Source of the DNA: a virus
Strand: one strand, 5' to 3'
DNA: 64,000 bases
Virus record (IMG/VR): IMGVR_UViG_3300048592_001404
Location: 6,317-70,316 of that record
The notes below the pieces were generated by a model. That model was not told where the DNA came from. It ran no database searches and worked only from the letters and a program-made list of their open reading frames with translations. Made by a program: the position numbers and the translations under genes. Of this stretch, positions 53,449-64,000 are shown in pieces (positions within the stretch are counted from its first letter, which is position 1; each line of letters begins with the position of its first letter).

Positions 53449-56400
53449 AATCTCGCAACTTCGAAATCCTTCGCGGAGGTTGGCCCGAGCTCGCATCGCT
53501 TGGCGGCTTTGCCGAGGCGTATGCGCACGACGACCCCGCGAGCGCGCTCGTAAAACTGAGGCTTTTTGCCGAGAACCTCACCAAGGACATCTATCGTGAC
53601 TTGAGCTTGCCCAAGCCCGAACACGCGACTTTCGTCGACCTGCTGGGAAATCAGTCTTTTGCAACCATCACACCAAAGGTGGTTCTCGACAAGCTCCACG
53701 CCCTTCGAATTCACGGCAACAAAGCCGCGCACGGTGAGCCTGCGACAGTTCGAACCGCCCTCTGGCTGCTTCAAGAAGCGTTCGACCTGGGCCGATGGCT
53801 TTTCGTGCAATATGGCAAAGGCGATGCAGCTGCCATACCGGTTTTCGTCCAACCTTTGGCGGAATCTGTCGAAGAGAGCAAAGGTCATCTAAAGCGAGAA
53901 AAGCGCCAAGTCCTCGAAAAGCTGGCCGCGCAAGAAGCACAGATGGAAGCGCTTCTCCGGGAACTGGACGCAGCGCGCGGAGCCGCTGTGACAGCGGAAA
54001 AGAAGGTTGAAGAGATCCAGTCGCTTGCGTCATCCGGCGCGGCAACGGCCAACTTGCTCGCGTTCAACGAGGCGACGACCCGCGCCCGTATCATCGACAG
54101 CTTTCTTGCCGCGGCCAACTGGGACGTTGGCCTTGGCAACGCCAGCACAGCGGGGGTTGGCAAGGAGATTGAGGTCAAACATCAACCCACTGCCTCGGGC
54201 CTTGGCTATGCCGACTATGTGCTCTGGGATGACAACGGGAATCCCCTGGCGGTCATTGAGGCCAAGAAGACTGCTGTAGACCCGGAGCGGGGACGGCAAC
54301 AGGCGAAACTGTATGCCGACGGCCTTGAGAAGATGCACGGACAACGCCCAGTCATCTTCTACACCAATGGATACGATATCTGGATGTGGGACGACATTCT
54401 GGGTTATCCGCCCCGGAAAGTGTTCGGTTATTATTCCAAGGACAGCCTGCAGTACCTCGTGAATTTTCAGCGGTCTGGTAGGAAGCCGCTCAACTCGCTT
54501 GAGCCCAACGCCACGATCGTCAATCGACTTTATCAGATCGAGGCCATCAAGCGCGTTTCTGAGCGCTTCGCAGATAGCCATCGGAAGGCGCTCATCGTTC
54601 AGGCAACCGGCACCGGCAAGACCCGGGTCGCAATCGCCCTGTCCGAGTTGCTAATCCGCGCCGGCTGGGTCAAGCGCGTCTTATTCCTGTGCGATCGTCG
54701 CGAGCTACGCAAGCAAGCCAAGAACGCCTTCGGCGACTTCCTGTCTGAGCCCATTCGCATCGTCAGCTCGCGCGTGAACCAATCGGCGAGCGAACGAATA
54801 TTCCTCGCGACCTATCCAGCCATGCAAAAGGTCTACCAATCCTTCGATATTGGGTTCTTCGATCTGATCATAGCCGACGAGTCGCATCGCAGCATCTACA
54901 ATGTCTATGGTGACATGTTTCACTACTTCGATTGCCTTCAGATCGGCTTGACCGCAACGCCTATTGATTTCGTGTCGCGCAACACGTTTAGCCTGTTCGG
55001 GTGCGAAGGGCAGTTGCCGACAGCGAACTACGATCTTGAACAGGCAGTCAAGGACGGGTTCCTGACACCGTTTGAAGTCTTCGAACATACGACGCAGTTC
55101 CTGCGCGAGGGGATCAGGCTCGACATCCTGACCAAAGAGCAGATTCAGCAGCTCGAGGAACAGGGCGAGGACCCGGCCCGGTACGATTTTTCATCAGAGC
55201 AGATCGACAAGATCATCTACAACAAGGACACCAACCGCGCGATCCTTCGCAACCTGATGGAGAACGGATTGCGTGACGCGACCGGACAGCTTCCGGGCAA
55301 GAGCATCATCTTCGCGCGGAACCACCAACATGCTGTGCTCATGCGGCAGATGTTCGATGAGATGTATCCGCAGTACGGCGGGCGCTTCTGTCAGGTGATT
55401 GACAACTACGATCCACGCGCGGAGCAGCTTATCGATGATTTCAAGGGTGACGGTTCAAACTCCGAGCTAACGATCGCGATATCAGTCGATATGCTCGATA
55501 CGGGCATCGACATCCCGGAAATCCTGAACCTCGTGTTCGCCAAACCAGTGCGTTCGCCCGTCAAGTTCTGGCAGATGATCGGGCGCGGAACGCGGCTGAG
55601 GCCCGATCTATTCGGCCCAGGCCAGGACAAGACACTCTTCCGGATTTTTGATCACTGGGGGAACTTCGAGCGCTTTGAGATGGGCTATAGGCCGGCCGAG
55701 CCGACCCAGTCGAAGCCCTTGCTTCAGCTGGTTTTCGAAGAGCGCGTCTTGCTCGCCGAGACGGCGCTCCGCATGAGTGAAGTGGCGATCTTCGAAGAAG
55801 TGATAGAGCTCATCGCGAAAGATATCGAGGCGCTGCCAGAGGAGTCTGTCTCGGTTCGTGAAAGGTGGCGCGAGAAGCGCGCGGTTTCAGTTCCGGCAAC
55901 GCTGAAAGCCTTCGCACCCGCGACGGTTGCGATGCTTCGACAGGTTATCGCGCCCCTTATGCAGTGGCGAAACGTTCGCGGTTTGAGCGATGCCTACGCC
56001 TTGGATCTCTTGATGGCGCGCGCCCAGATCGCGGTGCTCCGCAATTCAGCGGACGTTGCCGACCTGAAGATTGAACTTCTCGATCGGTTGTCGGTACTCC
56101 AGATGCACCTCAACCCCGTCCGGGAGAAGGCTGAAGTCATCAAGCGTGTCAAATCCGAGACTTTCTGGAACGACGTGACCGTCGCCGACCTGGAAGCGGT
56201 GCGTGAACCGCTTCGGGAAATCATGCATCACCGAGACCGCCTAGGTGCTATGCCTCTGCCGGCGAAGATTATCGACGTGACGGAAGATGCCGCGGGCTTC
56301 CAGACAAAACGTCGGGCGACTAGTCTGAAGACCGTCGACATGAAGGCATACCAGCAGATCGTCGAAGCCGAACTGAAGCGGCACTTCGATACGAACCCGA

Positions 56401-56861
56401 CGCTCAATAGGATTCGCGCCGGCGAGGCCGTTTCCGACGCCGACATTCAGGCCCTTGTTTCGCTGGTCCTGATCCAAAGCCCGAGCGCGAGCCGCGACGT
56501 GCTCGAAGAGTTTTTCGCCGACACGGCGCGACCTTTGGATTTCGCGATCCGGGAGATCATCGGACTAGACCCAGATGCAGTTGCGGCACGATTCGCGGAG
56601 TTTGCGCGCCGCCATCCCAGCCTTACGGCGAAGCAGACGCGTTTCCTCGGGTTGCTCCAAAATCACATCGCCCGCTTCGGGTCCGTCACGCTGGATCGCC
56701 TCTACGAGCAGCCGTTCACGGTGGTGGACGCAGACGGCCTGGATGGCGTCTTCGAGAAACCAGAGGAGATCGACGATCTTCTCGACATCCTCAGCGTGTT
56801 CGCACCGCCCATAGCGGCCAGCGCGAGCACGAAAGAATCCCCTGAAAGGACGAAACACTAA
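53445..56861 (+). CDS. hsdR: Type I restriction enzyme R subunit
   Basis: ADYVL...VIEAKK nuclease, ATGTGKT, DESHRS, QMIGRGTR. Confidence 0.95.
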   Translation: MKSRNFEILRGGWPELASLGGFAEAYAHDDPASALVKLRLFAENLTKDIYRDLSLPKPEHATFVDLLGNQSFATITPKVVLDKLHALRIHGNKAAHGEPATVRTALWLLQEAFDLGRWLFVQYGKGDAAAIPVFVQPLAESVEESKGHLKREKRQVLEKLAAQEAQMEALLRELDAARGAAVTAEKKVEEIQSLASSGAATANLLAFNEATTRARIIDSFLAAANWDVGLGNASTAGVGKEIEVKHQPTASGLGYADYVLWDDNGNPLAVIEAKKTAVDPERGRQQAKLYADGLEKMHGQRPVIFYTNGYDIWMWDDILGYPPRKVFGYYSKDSLQYLVNFQRSGRKPLNSLEPNATIVNRLYQIEAIKRVSERFADSHRKALIVQATGTGKTRVAIALSELLIRAGWVKRVLFLCDRRELRKQAKNAFGDFLSEPIRIVSSRVNQSASERIFLATYPAMQKVYQSFDIGFFDLIIADESHRSIYNVYGDMFHYFDCLQIGLTATPIDFVSRNTFSLFGCEGQLPTANYDLEQAVKDGFLTPFEVFEHTTQFLREGIRLDILTKEQIQQLEEQGEDPARYDFSSEQIDKIIYNKDTNRAILRNLMENGLRDATGQLPGKSIIFARNHQHAVLMRQMFDEMYPQYGGRFCQVIDNYDPRAEQLIDDFKGDGSNSELTIAISVDMLDTGIDIPEILNLVFAKPVRSPVKFWQMIGRGTRLRPDLFGPGQDKTLFRIFDHWGNFERFEMGYRPAEPTQSKPLLQLVFEERVLLAETALRMSEVAIFEEVIELIAKDIEALPEESVSVRERWREKRAVSVPATLKAFAPATVAMLRQVIAPLMQWRNVRGLSDAYALDLLMARAQIAVLRNSADVADLKIELLDRLSVLQMHLNPVREKAEVIKRVKSETFWNDVTVADLEAVREPLREIMHHRDRLGAMPLPAKIIDVTEDAAGFQTKRRATSLKTVDMKAYQQIVEAELKRHFDTNPTLNRIRAGEAVSDADIQALVSLVLIQSPSASRDVLEEFFADTARPLDFAIREIIGLDPDAVAARFAEFARRHPSLTAKQTRFLGLLQNHIARFGSVTLDRLYEQPFTVVDADGLDGVFEKPEEIDDLLDILSVFAPPIAASASTKESPERTKH

Positions 56862-58385
56862 ATGATTACCGGAGATCTGAAGCGCAGGGTAGACGCCCTC
56901 TGGACCGAGTTCTGGCAGGGCGGCATCACCAACCCGTTGACCGTGATCGAGCAGATCACGTTCCTCATGTTTGCGCGCCTGCTCGACATAAACGAAACGC
57001 GCGACGAGAACCGGTTGAGGCGCACGGGCAAGTCGTTTGAACGGCGGTTCTCGGACGATGAACAGAGCCTGCGTTGGTCGCAGTTCCGGCATCTGGGCGC
57101 CGATGCCATGCTGCCGTTGGTGCGCGACAAGGTGTTCCCGCACTTCAGGAAGTCATCGACGAGCGGCTCTGCCTTTGCAGAGTTCATGAAGGACGCTCAG
57201 CTGATGATCCAGAAGCCAAGCCTTCTGGTGAAGGCTGTCAACATGATCGATCAGCTGCCGCTGACCGAGGGCGACGCGAAGGGTGATCTCTACGAGTACC
57301 TGCTGAGCAAGCTCACAACCGCCGGCATCAACGGTCAGTTCCGTACGCCGCGCCACATTATCCGGCTGATGGTTGATATGCTGGAGCCCAAGCCCACCGA
57401 CGTGATCGGCGATCCGTCGTGCGGCACCGGCGGCTTCCTTGTCCAGACGATGCAATATCTGCTGGAAACCTACACCTCGCCCGAGGGTGTTCTCGAAGAG
57501 ACCGATCCGGAAACGGGCAAGGCCGAGAAGATTTACACCGGCGATTTGCTGGAGGCGCACCGCGACCACATCCGCAGCGGCATGTTCCATGGCTTCGACT
57601 TCGACGCCACGATGCTGCGCATCGCCGCCATGAACCTGATGCTTCACGGCGTTGATGATCCCGACATCCACTATCAGGATACGTTGAGCGCAGGCTTCAC
57701 CGACAAGTTCCCGAAAGCAGCAGCCGAAGGCTTCAACGTCATCCTAGCCAATCCGCCGTTCAAGGGCAGCCTCGACTTCGAAGATGTTCATGCCTCGCTG
57801 CTTCGTCAGGTGAAAACGAAGAAGACGGAGCTGCTCTTCCTCGTGCTGATCCTGCGCATGCTGAAGAATGGCGGCCGATCGGCGACCATCGTGCCTGATG
57901 GCGTTTTGTTTGGCTCCTCGACGGCTCACGTTGCCCTGCGCAAACTGCTGCTGGATCACAACCAGATCGAAGCTGTAATTTCGCTGCCCAGCGGCGTATT
58001 CAAGCCATATGCGGGAGTGTCGACCGGCATCTTAGTCTTCACTAAAGGCGGGCGCACCGACGACGTGTTCTTTTACGACGTGGAAGCAGACGGGTATTCG
58101 CTCGACGATAAGCGCGACCCAGTTTCGACCAACGATCTGCCGGGCTGTTTGGCAGCATGGCGGACTCGCGATGCCAAGCGCGACACGGACCGGACGCAGA
58201 AGGCTTTCGTCGTACCGGCCCAGGAAATACGCGATGCGAACTATGACTTGTCGCTGAGCAAGTACAAGGTTCGGGCACATATCGCGGAGGAGTATGACGC
58301 TCCGGCGGTCATTCTCGACCGGATGAAGAAGCTCAACGAAGACATCGCGACCGATCTCACCGAGCTTGAGGAACTGCTCGGATGA
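56862..58385 (+). CDS. hsdM: Type I RM methyltransferase subunit
   Basis: [24 protein letters not shown]. Confidence 0.96.
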   Translation: MITGDLKRRVDALWTEFWQGGITNPLTVIEQITFLMFARLLDINETRDENRLRRTGKSFERRFSDDEQSLRWSQFRHLGADAMLPLVRDKVFPHFRKSSTSGSAFAEFMKDAQLMIQKPSLLVKAVNMIDQLPLTEGDAKGDLYEYLLSKLTTAGINGQFRTPRHIIRLMVDMLEPKPTDVIGDPSCGTGGFLVQTMQYLLETYTSPEGVLEETDPETGKAEKIYTGDLLEAHRDHIRSGMFHGFDFDATMLRIAAMNLMLHGVDDPDIHYQDTLSAGFTDKFPKAAAEGFNVILANPPFKGSLDFEDVHASLLRQVKTKKTELLFLVLILRMLKNGGRSATIVPDGVLFGSSTAHVALRKLLLDHNQIEAVISLPSGVFKPYAGVSTGILVFTKGGRTDDVFFYDVEADGYSLDDKRDPVSTNDLPGCLAAWRTRDAKRDTDRTQKAFVVPAQEIRDANYDLSLSKYKVRAHIAEEYDAPAVILDRMKKLNEDIATDLTELEELLG

Positions 58386-59566
58386 CAGTTTTTACCACCC
58401 ATCTCGGCAAAGTAGTGGACGTCTCCGCCGGACAGCCAGCGCCCAAACCCAACGATTTCTCAGACGATGGGTTTCCGTTCATCCGTGCCGGAAGCCTTGA
58501 AGGTCTGCTTTCCGGGCAAACGGAAGATGATTGTGAAAAAATCGACGCCGAGACCGCGCGTCGATACCGCATGAGGCTGTACCCGAAGGACACTATCCTG
58601 TTCGCCAAGAGCGGGATGTCTGCAAAAATTGGCCGAGTTTATCGAATACGTCAACCGGCCTACGTTGTTAGCCATCTTGCGGCATTGGCGCCCACTGGGA
58701 TGTATGAACCATCCTATCTTGCCCATTGGCTGCGTGCGCATCCTCCGTCAAAACTAATCAAGGACGATGCGTATCCTTCGATCCGTACATCCGAAGTCTC
58801 ATCGCTAGAAGTTCCGGACCTTCATATCGATGAACAGCGCCGGATCGCGGCGATCCTCGACAAGGCCGACGCCATCCGCCGCAAACGCGAACAGGCCCTT
58901 ACCCTGGCGGATGACTTCCTCCAGTCGGTGTTTCTGGAGATGTTCGGTGATCTGAACGAGAACCCACATCGTTGGCAGTCCCTGCCAGTGGTCAAGGTTT
59001 TGGCAACAGACCCTCAGAATGGACTGTATCGCCATTCGAGTGACTATGGCAACGGAACCCAAATCCTCCGTATCGACGGTTTCTATGATGGTTACCTGTT
59101 GGGCAGTGAAACCTTCAAGCGGCTCCGGATCGATCAGGCCACCCGAGAGAAATACCTCCTGCGAGAGAACGACATTGTTATCAACCGTGTGAACAGCATA
59201 GAATACCTTGGGAAATGCGCTTTGATTTCGGGGCTCACGGAGGATACCGTTTTTGAATCCAACATGATGCGGTTCAGTGTTGACCCCACCAAGGTGAACC
59301 CGCGCTTCCTTGTCGATCAATTCAGATCGCCATACATGAAGCGTCAGATCGCCACGTCAGCGAAACCGGCAGTCAACCAGAGCAGCATTAACCAGACTGA
59401 CGTTAAGTCCTTTGTGGTTCGGCTTCCGCCGATTGAACTACAGAACTGCTATGCCGACATCGTCGGAGCGAAGGATCGTGCTGACACAAGGCTTCGGGTT
59501 GCTGTTGATGCGGCAAACGACCTTTTCGCCGCCCTCTCCCAACGTGCCTTTGCCGGGGATCTTTAG
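58382..59566 (+). CDS. hsdS: Type I RM specificity subunit
   Basis: Two TRDs with [13 protein letters not shown] and LPPIELQ conserved helices. Confidence 0.94.
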   Translation: MTVFTTHLGKVVDVSAGQPAPKPNDFSDDGFPFIRAGSLEGLLSGQTEDDCEKIDAETARRYRMRLYPKDTILFAKSGMSAKIGRVYRIRQPAYVVSHLAALAPTGMYEPSYLAHWLRAHPPSKLIKDDAYPSIRTSEVSSLEVPDLHIDEQRRIAAILDKADAIRRKREQALTLADDFLQSVFLEMFGDLNENPHRWQSLPVVKVLATDPQNGLYRHSSDYGNGTQILRIDGFYDGYLLGSETFKRLRIDQATREKYLLRENDIVINRVNSIEYLGKCALISGLTEDTVFESNMMRFSVDPTKVNPRFLVDQFRSPYMKRQIATSAKPAVNQSSINQTDVKSFVVRLPPIELQNCYADIVGAKDRADTRLRVAVDAANDLFAALSQRAFAGDL

Positions 59567-59575
59567 GAGCACGAC

Positions 59576-60136
59576 ATGAGCACCCAGACTCTCCCGGACG
59601 ATCAGACCCCCGGCGGTGCCATAACTACGGCCAGTCTGCATTGCCTGACGCTTCCCGGCCCGATACTACAGCGGGGATTCTGGCTCTATGTCTGGCGGGT
59701 CCAGACCCCCAAGGGTGAGCGGTTGTATGTGGGTCGCACCGGTGACAGCAGCAGCCCCCACGCCACAGCCCCCTACACCCGCATGGGCCAACACCTTGGC
59801 TTCTCCAAGGCCCAGAACAGCCTGCGGCGTCTGCTGATCGAGACTGGGGTGGAACCGGAAAGCTGTAGTCAGTTTGACTTGATCTCTTACGGCCCGATCT
59901 TTCCGGAAATCGGAATGACCAAGGACCAGCTTCGTGCCGATCAGATGCTGCTGCACACCCCTGTGCGTGACCAGATGGCCGCACTGGAAAAGAAACTCCG
60001 TGATGAGCTGGTGGCTGCGGGTTACCTGGTGCTGAACGTGGTCCACAGCAAGAAGCCCCACGATACCGACCAATGGAACGTGGTGCGTCTGGCCTTCGCC
60101 GACCACTTTCCAAGCTTGCGGCGGATTGATCCATGA
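59576..60136 (+). CDS. Divergent GIY-YIG-like protein
   Basis: WLYVW...LYVGRTG...RMGQHL pattern. Confidence 0.65.
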   Translation: MSTQTLPDDQTPGGAITTASLHCLTLPGPILQRGFWLYVWRVQTPKGERLYVGRTGDSSSPHATAPYTRMGQHLGFSKAQNSLRRLLIETGVEPESCSQFDLISYGPIFPEIGMTKDQLRADQMLLHTPVRDQMAALEKKLRDELVAAGYLVLNVVHSKKPHDTDQWNVVRLAFADHFPSLRRIDP

Positions 60137-60354
60137 GATTCTCCAGAATCGAGGCCGAGAACCTCAAGGGATTCAGAACAACTCAAGGCATCGACTTGAA
60201 GCCGATCACGCTGCTCTTTGGCTCGAACAACGCGGGCAGGAGGACGATCCTTCAAGCGCTGTATTGCCTGTGGCATATCCCTGAATGCCGAAACGTTCAT
60301 TTGGACCAGACTAGCCCTGACAGATGGCTCAGCTCGGATCACGAACATGTCTGA
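60133..60354 (+). pseudogene. Degenerate N-terminal fragment of AAA ATPase
   Basis: First 60 aa align with the 61389 gene; Walker A GPNSAGKS decayed to GSNNAGRR. Confidence 0.85.
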
Positions 60355-61339
60355 TGTTTCTTTTGGCGGAATCGAACTGGATGCTCGACAAGTCTGGTTG
60401 CGCGCGTTCTATGGCTTTAACCCAGAGGAAGATGGGTACATCGGTTTTACCCATGAGACCCAGCGCGAGTCCGTTCTGGAGAGGATGCGTGACGGTGATC
60501 TTGTTCTGATTTACGGTGCAGTCGAGAGCTTGACTCAGCCCGATCTTCGCAGCCAAGCGCTTGGCTTTCTCGAAGTCACATGTGAGCGGTGCGTTGACAG
60601 GGAAAGGCAGAGCACGAAGTCGATCGCCTGGAAGATCGAAAGAGGATTTGAAGACCGCTGGACATACGGCATCAAGGTTCGCAGAGCCTGGCGCGTTCAG
60701 AATCGCGTGAGCATAAAGACAATTGCTCCTAAGGCATACGCCAACCGGAATCGCTTCGAGCGCACCACCCGTGCAATTCTACTGGAGCAGGATGAAAGGC
60801 GTCGAGCGCTAAGCCATCCTGTCCGGCAAGTGAACGTATATGGTGAGCCTCTGATTGCAGCAGGAGATCTCCCAAGTGGTCCGATGGAGGCACTTCTCAA
60901 GCCATCCAAGGGCATTCCACCTTCCTACGGGCACCGTACATCGGAGCACGAAGATGGCGAAAACCATCTCTATCTGATGATGCTATCTGCTAGCGCCGAG
61001 GTCATTCTTGGCAGGACTTCCGAAAATGTTGGAAAGGCTCTGGTCAAGATCGGTAGGTCAAACGACCCGCGAAGACGCATCAAGGAGATAAATGAAGGTT
61101 TCCCTGAACGTGCGGCCTTCAGATGGAAGTTGGTTCACCATCAAGCCTTTGAAAGTGGTGAAGTTGCGCACAAGTTTGAGACAGAGCTCAAGCGCCTTTT
61201 TGACAGTCAGTTCAAATCCCAAGGCAATGAGTTTTTTACGGGCGAAAGACAATGTCTTGAAACGCAATTTCAGACCTTTTGTGTTTCAAGGATGCCAAGA
61301 ATCATGGGCGCTGCTGCTAAAGCAAAAGGTATCAAATGA
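60347..61339 (+). CDS. PUA/EVE-like N-domain fused to GIY-YIG (T5orf172-like) nuclease
   Basis: ERMRDGDLVLIYG N-terminal motif; HLYLM...VKIGRSNDPRRRIKEIN...E..LK...GNEFF. Confidence 0.7.
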   Translation: MSDVSFGGIELDARQVWLRAFYGFNPEEDGYIGFTHETQRESVLERMRDGDLVLIYGAVESLTQPDLRSQALGFLEVTCERCVDRERQSTKSIAWKIERGFEDRWTYGIKVRRAWRVQNRVSIKTIAPKAYANRNRFERTTRAILLEQDERRRALSHPVRQVNVYGEPLIAAGDLPSGPMEALLKPSKGIPPSYGHRTSEHEDGENHLYLMMLSASAEVILGRTSENVGKALVKIGRSNDPRRRIKEINEGFPERAAFRWKLVHHQAFESGEVAHKFETELKRLFDSQFKSQGNEFFTGERQCLETQFQTFCVSRMPRIMGAAAKAKGIK

Positions 61340-61388
61340 TCTACCGGACGTTTGAACACCGACTTGATAAATACTGCGGGTCAAATAT

Positions 61389-63068
61389 ATGCGTTTAACT
61401 CGTATTGAGATTGAGAACTTCAAGGGAATCGGCGCCGCACAGTTTATCGACCTGAAGCCGATTACGCTGTTGTTCGGCCCGAATAGCGCCGGCAAGAGTA
61501 CGATCCTTCAATCGCTGCACTATCTGCGCGAAATCCTTGAGCGCCGGAACGCTGACCCGGACCAGACCATTGCCGGCGGGCTGATCGATCTCGGTGGCTT
61601 CGCAACGCTGGTGCACGACCATGACCTGAGTCGAACTATCGTCATCAAGGTTGAGATCGATGGTGTTGACGGTCACGGTGCCGAGCGACTGCCCTTGAAC
61701 TCAGGTGCGTCCCTGACCGCGGCGGAGTTCGAAAGTCTGCCCATCCGTTACCTTGTGGGCGAGAATACTGACCTGAAAGACTATGCAGTGGTGCAGTCCA
61801 TCGGCGTTAGCCTATCGATCTCGTGGAGCGACTTGCTGGCAGGTCCCTACGTTTCGGCGATCACCGTGATGATGGACGGCGCCGAAATCGGCTCGATTAC
61901 GTCGCCCGCACAGTCAGGACAGGCAATACTATCAAAGTTCAATTTCGATCATCCTCTGTTCTGTCACTTTCGCGACGCGGATGAGCCACCGGAACCGGAC
62001 CAGGAATTGTCGCCGTATCCGCTTGCGGACGAAATCCTCGACCTGTCCCGACAGATGTCCAGAAACAACGACGTGCAGCTGCATGACTATCGAGTTGGCG
62101 TGCAGACATTCCTGGGCGCGCTTCCGGACCTCAGCCGGCCGATGGTCAGCGACCTTCGCGACCCAGAGGTGACGAAGTTTGAACTTGAGAGCAGAACCCC
62201 ACGGGTTCGAGGTCTAAACGCTCTTCTCGACGAATTGATAGTCGGCCCGCTTCGGTTGGTTCGCGACTACCTCAGCGCGATGACCTACGTCGGCCCGCTG
62301 CGTGAAATTCCCAGCCGGAAGTATCGCCCGCGCCTGTCGCCGGATGAATCACGCTGGGCGCAGGGGCTTGCCGCCTGGGATCTGCTCTACACCGACCCGT
62401 CCGGCAAGCTGCTGGAAGACGTCAATATCTGGCTTGGCGACGGAGAACGGCTGAAGACTGGCTATCGACTTGAGAAGTTCCAGTTCAAAGAGGTTCCGGT
62501 TCCCAGCCGGTTCCACCAGCTGTTCGAGCGCGGGCTTTCAGAAGATGATCTAGGCGAGCTGCAAGATCTGTATGAGGCGCTCGGCGGGCGTTCCGAGATC
62601 GCCCTGCGCGATTTCGAGAAGGGCATCATCGTCGCGCCGAGCGACGTGGGCGTCGGCATATCGCAGATGATCCCGGTGGTCGTCGGTTGCCTTCGAAGCC
62701 AGCAGGGTATTCTCGCGATCGAGCAGCCAGAACTGCACGTCCATCCCGCCATTCAGGTCGGACTGGGCGATCTGTTCATCCAGGCCGTACAGACGAGCGA
62801 GAGCGTCGTGGGTGCGGGCAAGACGCTGCTCGTCGAAACCCACAGCGAGCACATCATGCTGCGCCTGCTTCGCCGCATCCGCGAGACGACCGAGAACGAG
62901 GTGCCGCCCGGCGCGATCGGCTTGTCGCCGGATGATCTGTCGGTGATCTATGTCGAAGGCAGCGACGATGGCGTGCGCTTCCGGCCCCTCCGTGTGAGCC
63001 CAGACGGCGATTTCGTCGATCGCTGGCCACATGGGTTCTTTGCAGAACGTGCGGAGGAGCTATTCTGA
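61389..63068 (+). CDS. ABC/SMC-type AAA_15/21 ATPase with DUF3696-like C-terminus
   Basis: ENFKG, GPNSAGKS, DVGVGISQ, IEQPELHVHP, ETHSEH, C-terminal GDFVDRWPHGFF. Confidence 0.9.
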   Translation: MRLTRIEIENFKGIGAAQFIDLKPITLLFGPNSAGKSTILQSLHYLREILERRNADPDQTIAGGLIDLGGFATLVHDHDLSRTIVIKVEIDGVDGHGAERLPLNSGASLTAAEFESLPIRYLVGENTDLKDYAVVQSIGVSLSISWSDLLAGPYVSAITVMMDGAEIGSITSPAQSGQAILSKFNFDHPLFCHFRDADEPPEPDQELSPYPLADEILDLSRQMSRNNDVQLHDYRVGVQTFLGALPDLSRPMVSDLRDPEVTKFELESRTPRVRGLNALLDELIVGPLRLVRDYLSAMTYVGPLREIPSRKYRPRLSPDESRWAQGLAAWDLLYTDPSGKLLEDVNIWLGDGERLKTGYRLEKFQFKEVPVPSRFHQLFERGLSEDDLGELQDLYEALGGRSEIALRDFEKGIIVAPSDVGVGISQMIPVVVGCLRSQQGILAIEQPELHVHPAIQVGLGDLFIQAVQTSESVVGAGKTLLVETHSEHIMLRLLRRIRETTENEVPPGAIGLSPDDLSVIYVEGSDDGVRFRPLRVSPDGDFVDRWPHGFFAERAEELF

Positions 63069-64000
63069 TGCTCTCGGAGTATGCTGTAGAGCCTGCGGCC
63101 ATCGGCGCGGACTGGCGGACCTTCAAGGACCTGATCGACCGCTTCGGTGCCGACAAGGGGCGACTGATCTCACGCTTCCCAGCCAAATGGGAGAAGAAGG
63201 TCATTCAGGCGGCAAAAGACGCCGGTGTTCCCGACGTCCGCATGGCCGCGATCGTCCAGAGGCTGCACGACTCGAAGCAGAAGATTGTTGATTTCAATAG
63301 GGCGTATCTACACGACGCAGAGTGGATCAGTAACGCCCTCCGCGAACATGGAAGCAGACCCTTCAAGGCGATCATATGCGCTGCCGGCGGAGTAGCTTGC
63401 GCTGAGGCCCTACAGCCAGACGACTGCTCGGATGGACATCCGCTGTTCAAGGCTGCGACCAGTCAGAACGTGATCAGGACAGCAGATGAAATTGCAGGTG
63501 CCCTGCACACCATTGCTGCCGTGTCCAAGGAGGTCGACATCATCGACCCGTTTTTCGACCTTCGGCCGACCAGGGGAAATTATCTTGCCCCTCTGGTCTC
63601 GCTGCTTGCTCGACTTGCCGGTGGGCCGGGCCAGCCCAAGGCCATAAGAATTCACTTCCGTGACCATGATTCACGCCCGTCAGCCCAGGTCCTCGCGCGA
63701 GACGGATCCGCTCAAGTTAGGGGAATGCTACCACCCGGCTATTGCTTAGAGCTCTATGCGTGGTCGGAGATTCAAGGCGGCGAAGATTTTCACGACCGCT
63801 TCGTATTAACGGACCTTGGCGGTATAATGATCGGCGCAGGGTTATCGGCAGATGGTCCTGGAGAGTCAGCCAACTACACTCTGCTGAACTTCGATCATGC
63901 CCAGGGTCTTCGTAGTCGTTTTGCAGACGGATCAACAGCATACGCTCGTGTCGGATTGGCGGTCCGCTTCCGAGATGACGGCAGCGTTGAGCTGTTTTGA
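63068..64000 (+). CDS. Hypothetical protein with C-terminal PLD-like nuclease motif
   Basis: IIDPFF and FHDRFVLTD..GIMIGAGL; TGATG coupling to the ATPase. Confidence 0.7.
   Translation: MLSEYAVEPAAIGADWRTFKDLIDRFGADKGRLISRFPAKWEKKVIQAAKDAGVPDVRMAAIVQRLHDSKQKIVDFNRAYLHDAEWISNALREHGSRPFKAIICAAGGVACAEALQPDDCSDGHPLFKAATSQNVIRTADEIAGALHTIAAVSKEVDIIDPFFDLRPTRGNYLAPLVSLLARLAGGPGQPKAIRIHFRDHDSRPSAQVLARDGSAQVRGMLPPGYCLELYAWSEIQGGEDFHDRFVLTDLGGIMIGAGLSADGPGESANYTLLNFDHAQGLRSRFADGSTAYARVGLAVRFRDDGSVELF

Overview
Bases 1 to about 48.6 kb hold most of a temperate prophage of an alphaproteobacterium. The host assignment is inferred from gene families, high GC and a CtrA-type box. The prophage is almost all on the minus strand and has a lambda-like head (terminase, portal, gpW, S49 protease/scaffold, D, E), a P2-like contractile tail and baseplate, lysis genes at the left edge, and two DNA methyltransferases. 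It also carries morons (IHF-beta, DMT+LysR, DUF1810, pRiA4b-ORF3/GIY-YIG), a primase-helicase replication operon and a DUF2924/large serine recombinase module. From about 48.6 kb to the end is a defence-type island: UDG-like, CobB, metallopeptidase and P63C genes, then a WYL-led operon (type I RM, two GIY-YIG nucleases, a DUF3696-type ATPase and a PLD-like protein). The most notable signal is a candidate repressor-less induction cascade. A Mu Com-like zinc finger sits just upstream of a structured leader that buries the start codon of a phage-encoded sigma factor. A bipartite motif (TGTCCC-N17-GGCTTTTCCCwTTCAGA) occurs at almost the same distance upstream of both the replication operon and the recombinase operon. 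Other observations are an overlapping out-of-frame MTase beta-subunit gene, two degenerate gene-end duplications flanking inserted cassettes, an iteron/IHF origin candidate and a P2-type frameshift. All family calls come from motif recognition by eye; no database searches were run. No att sites, tRNA, rRNA or CRISPR array were identified.
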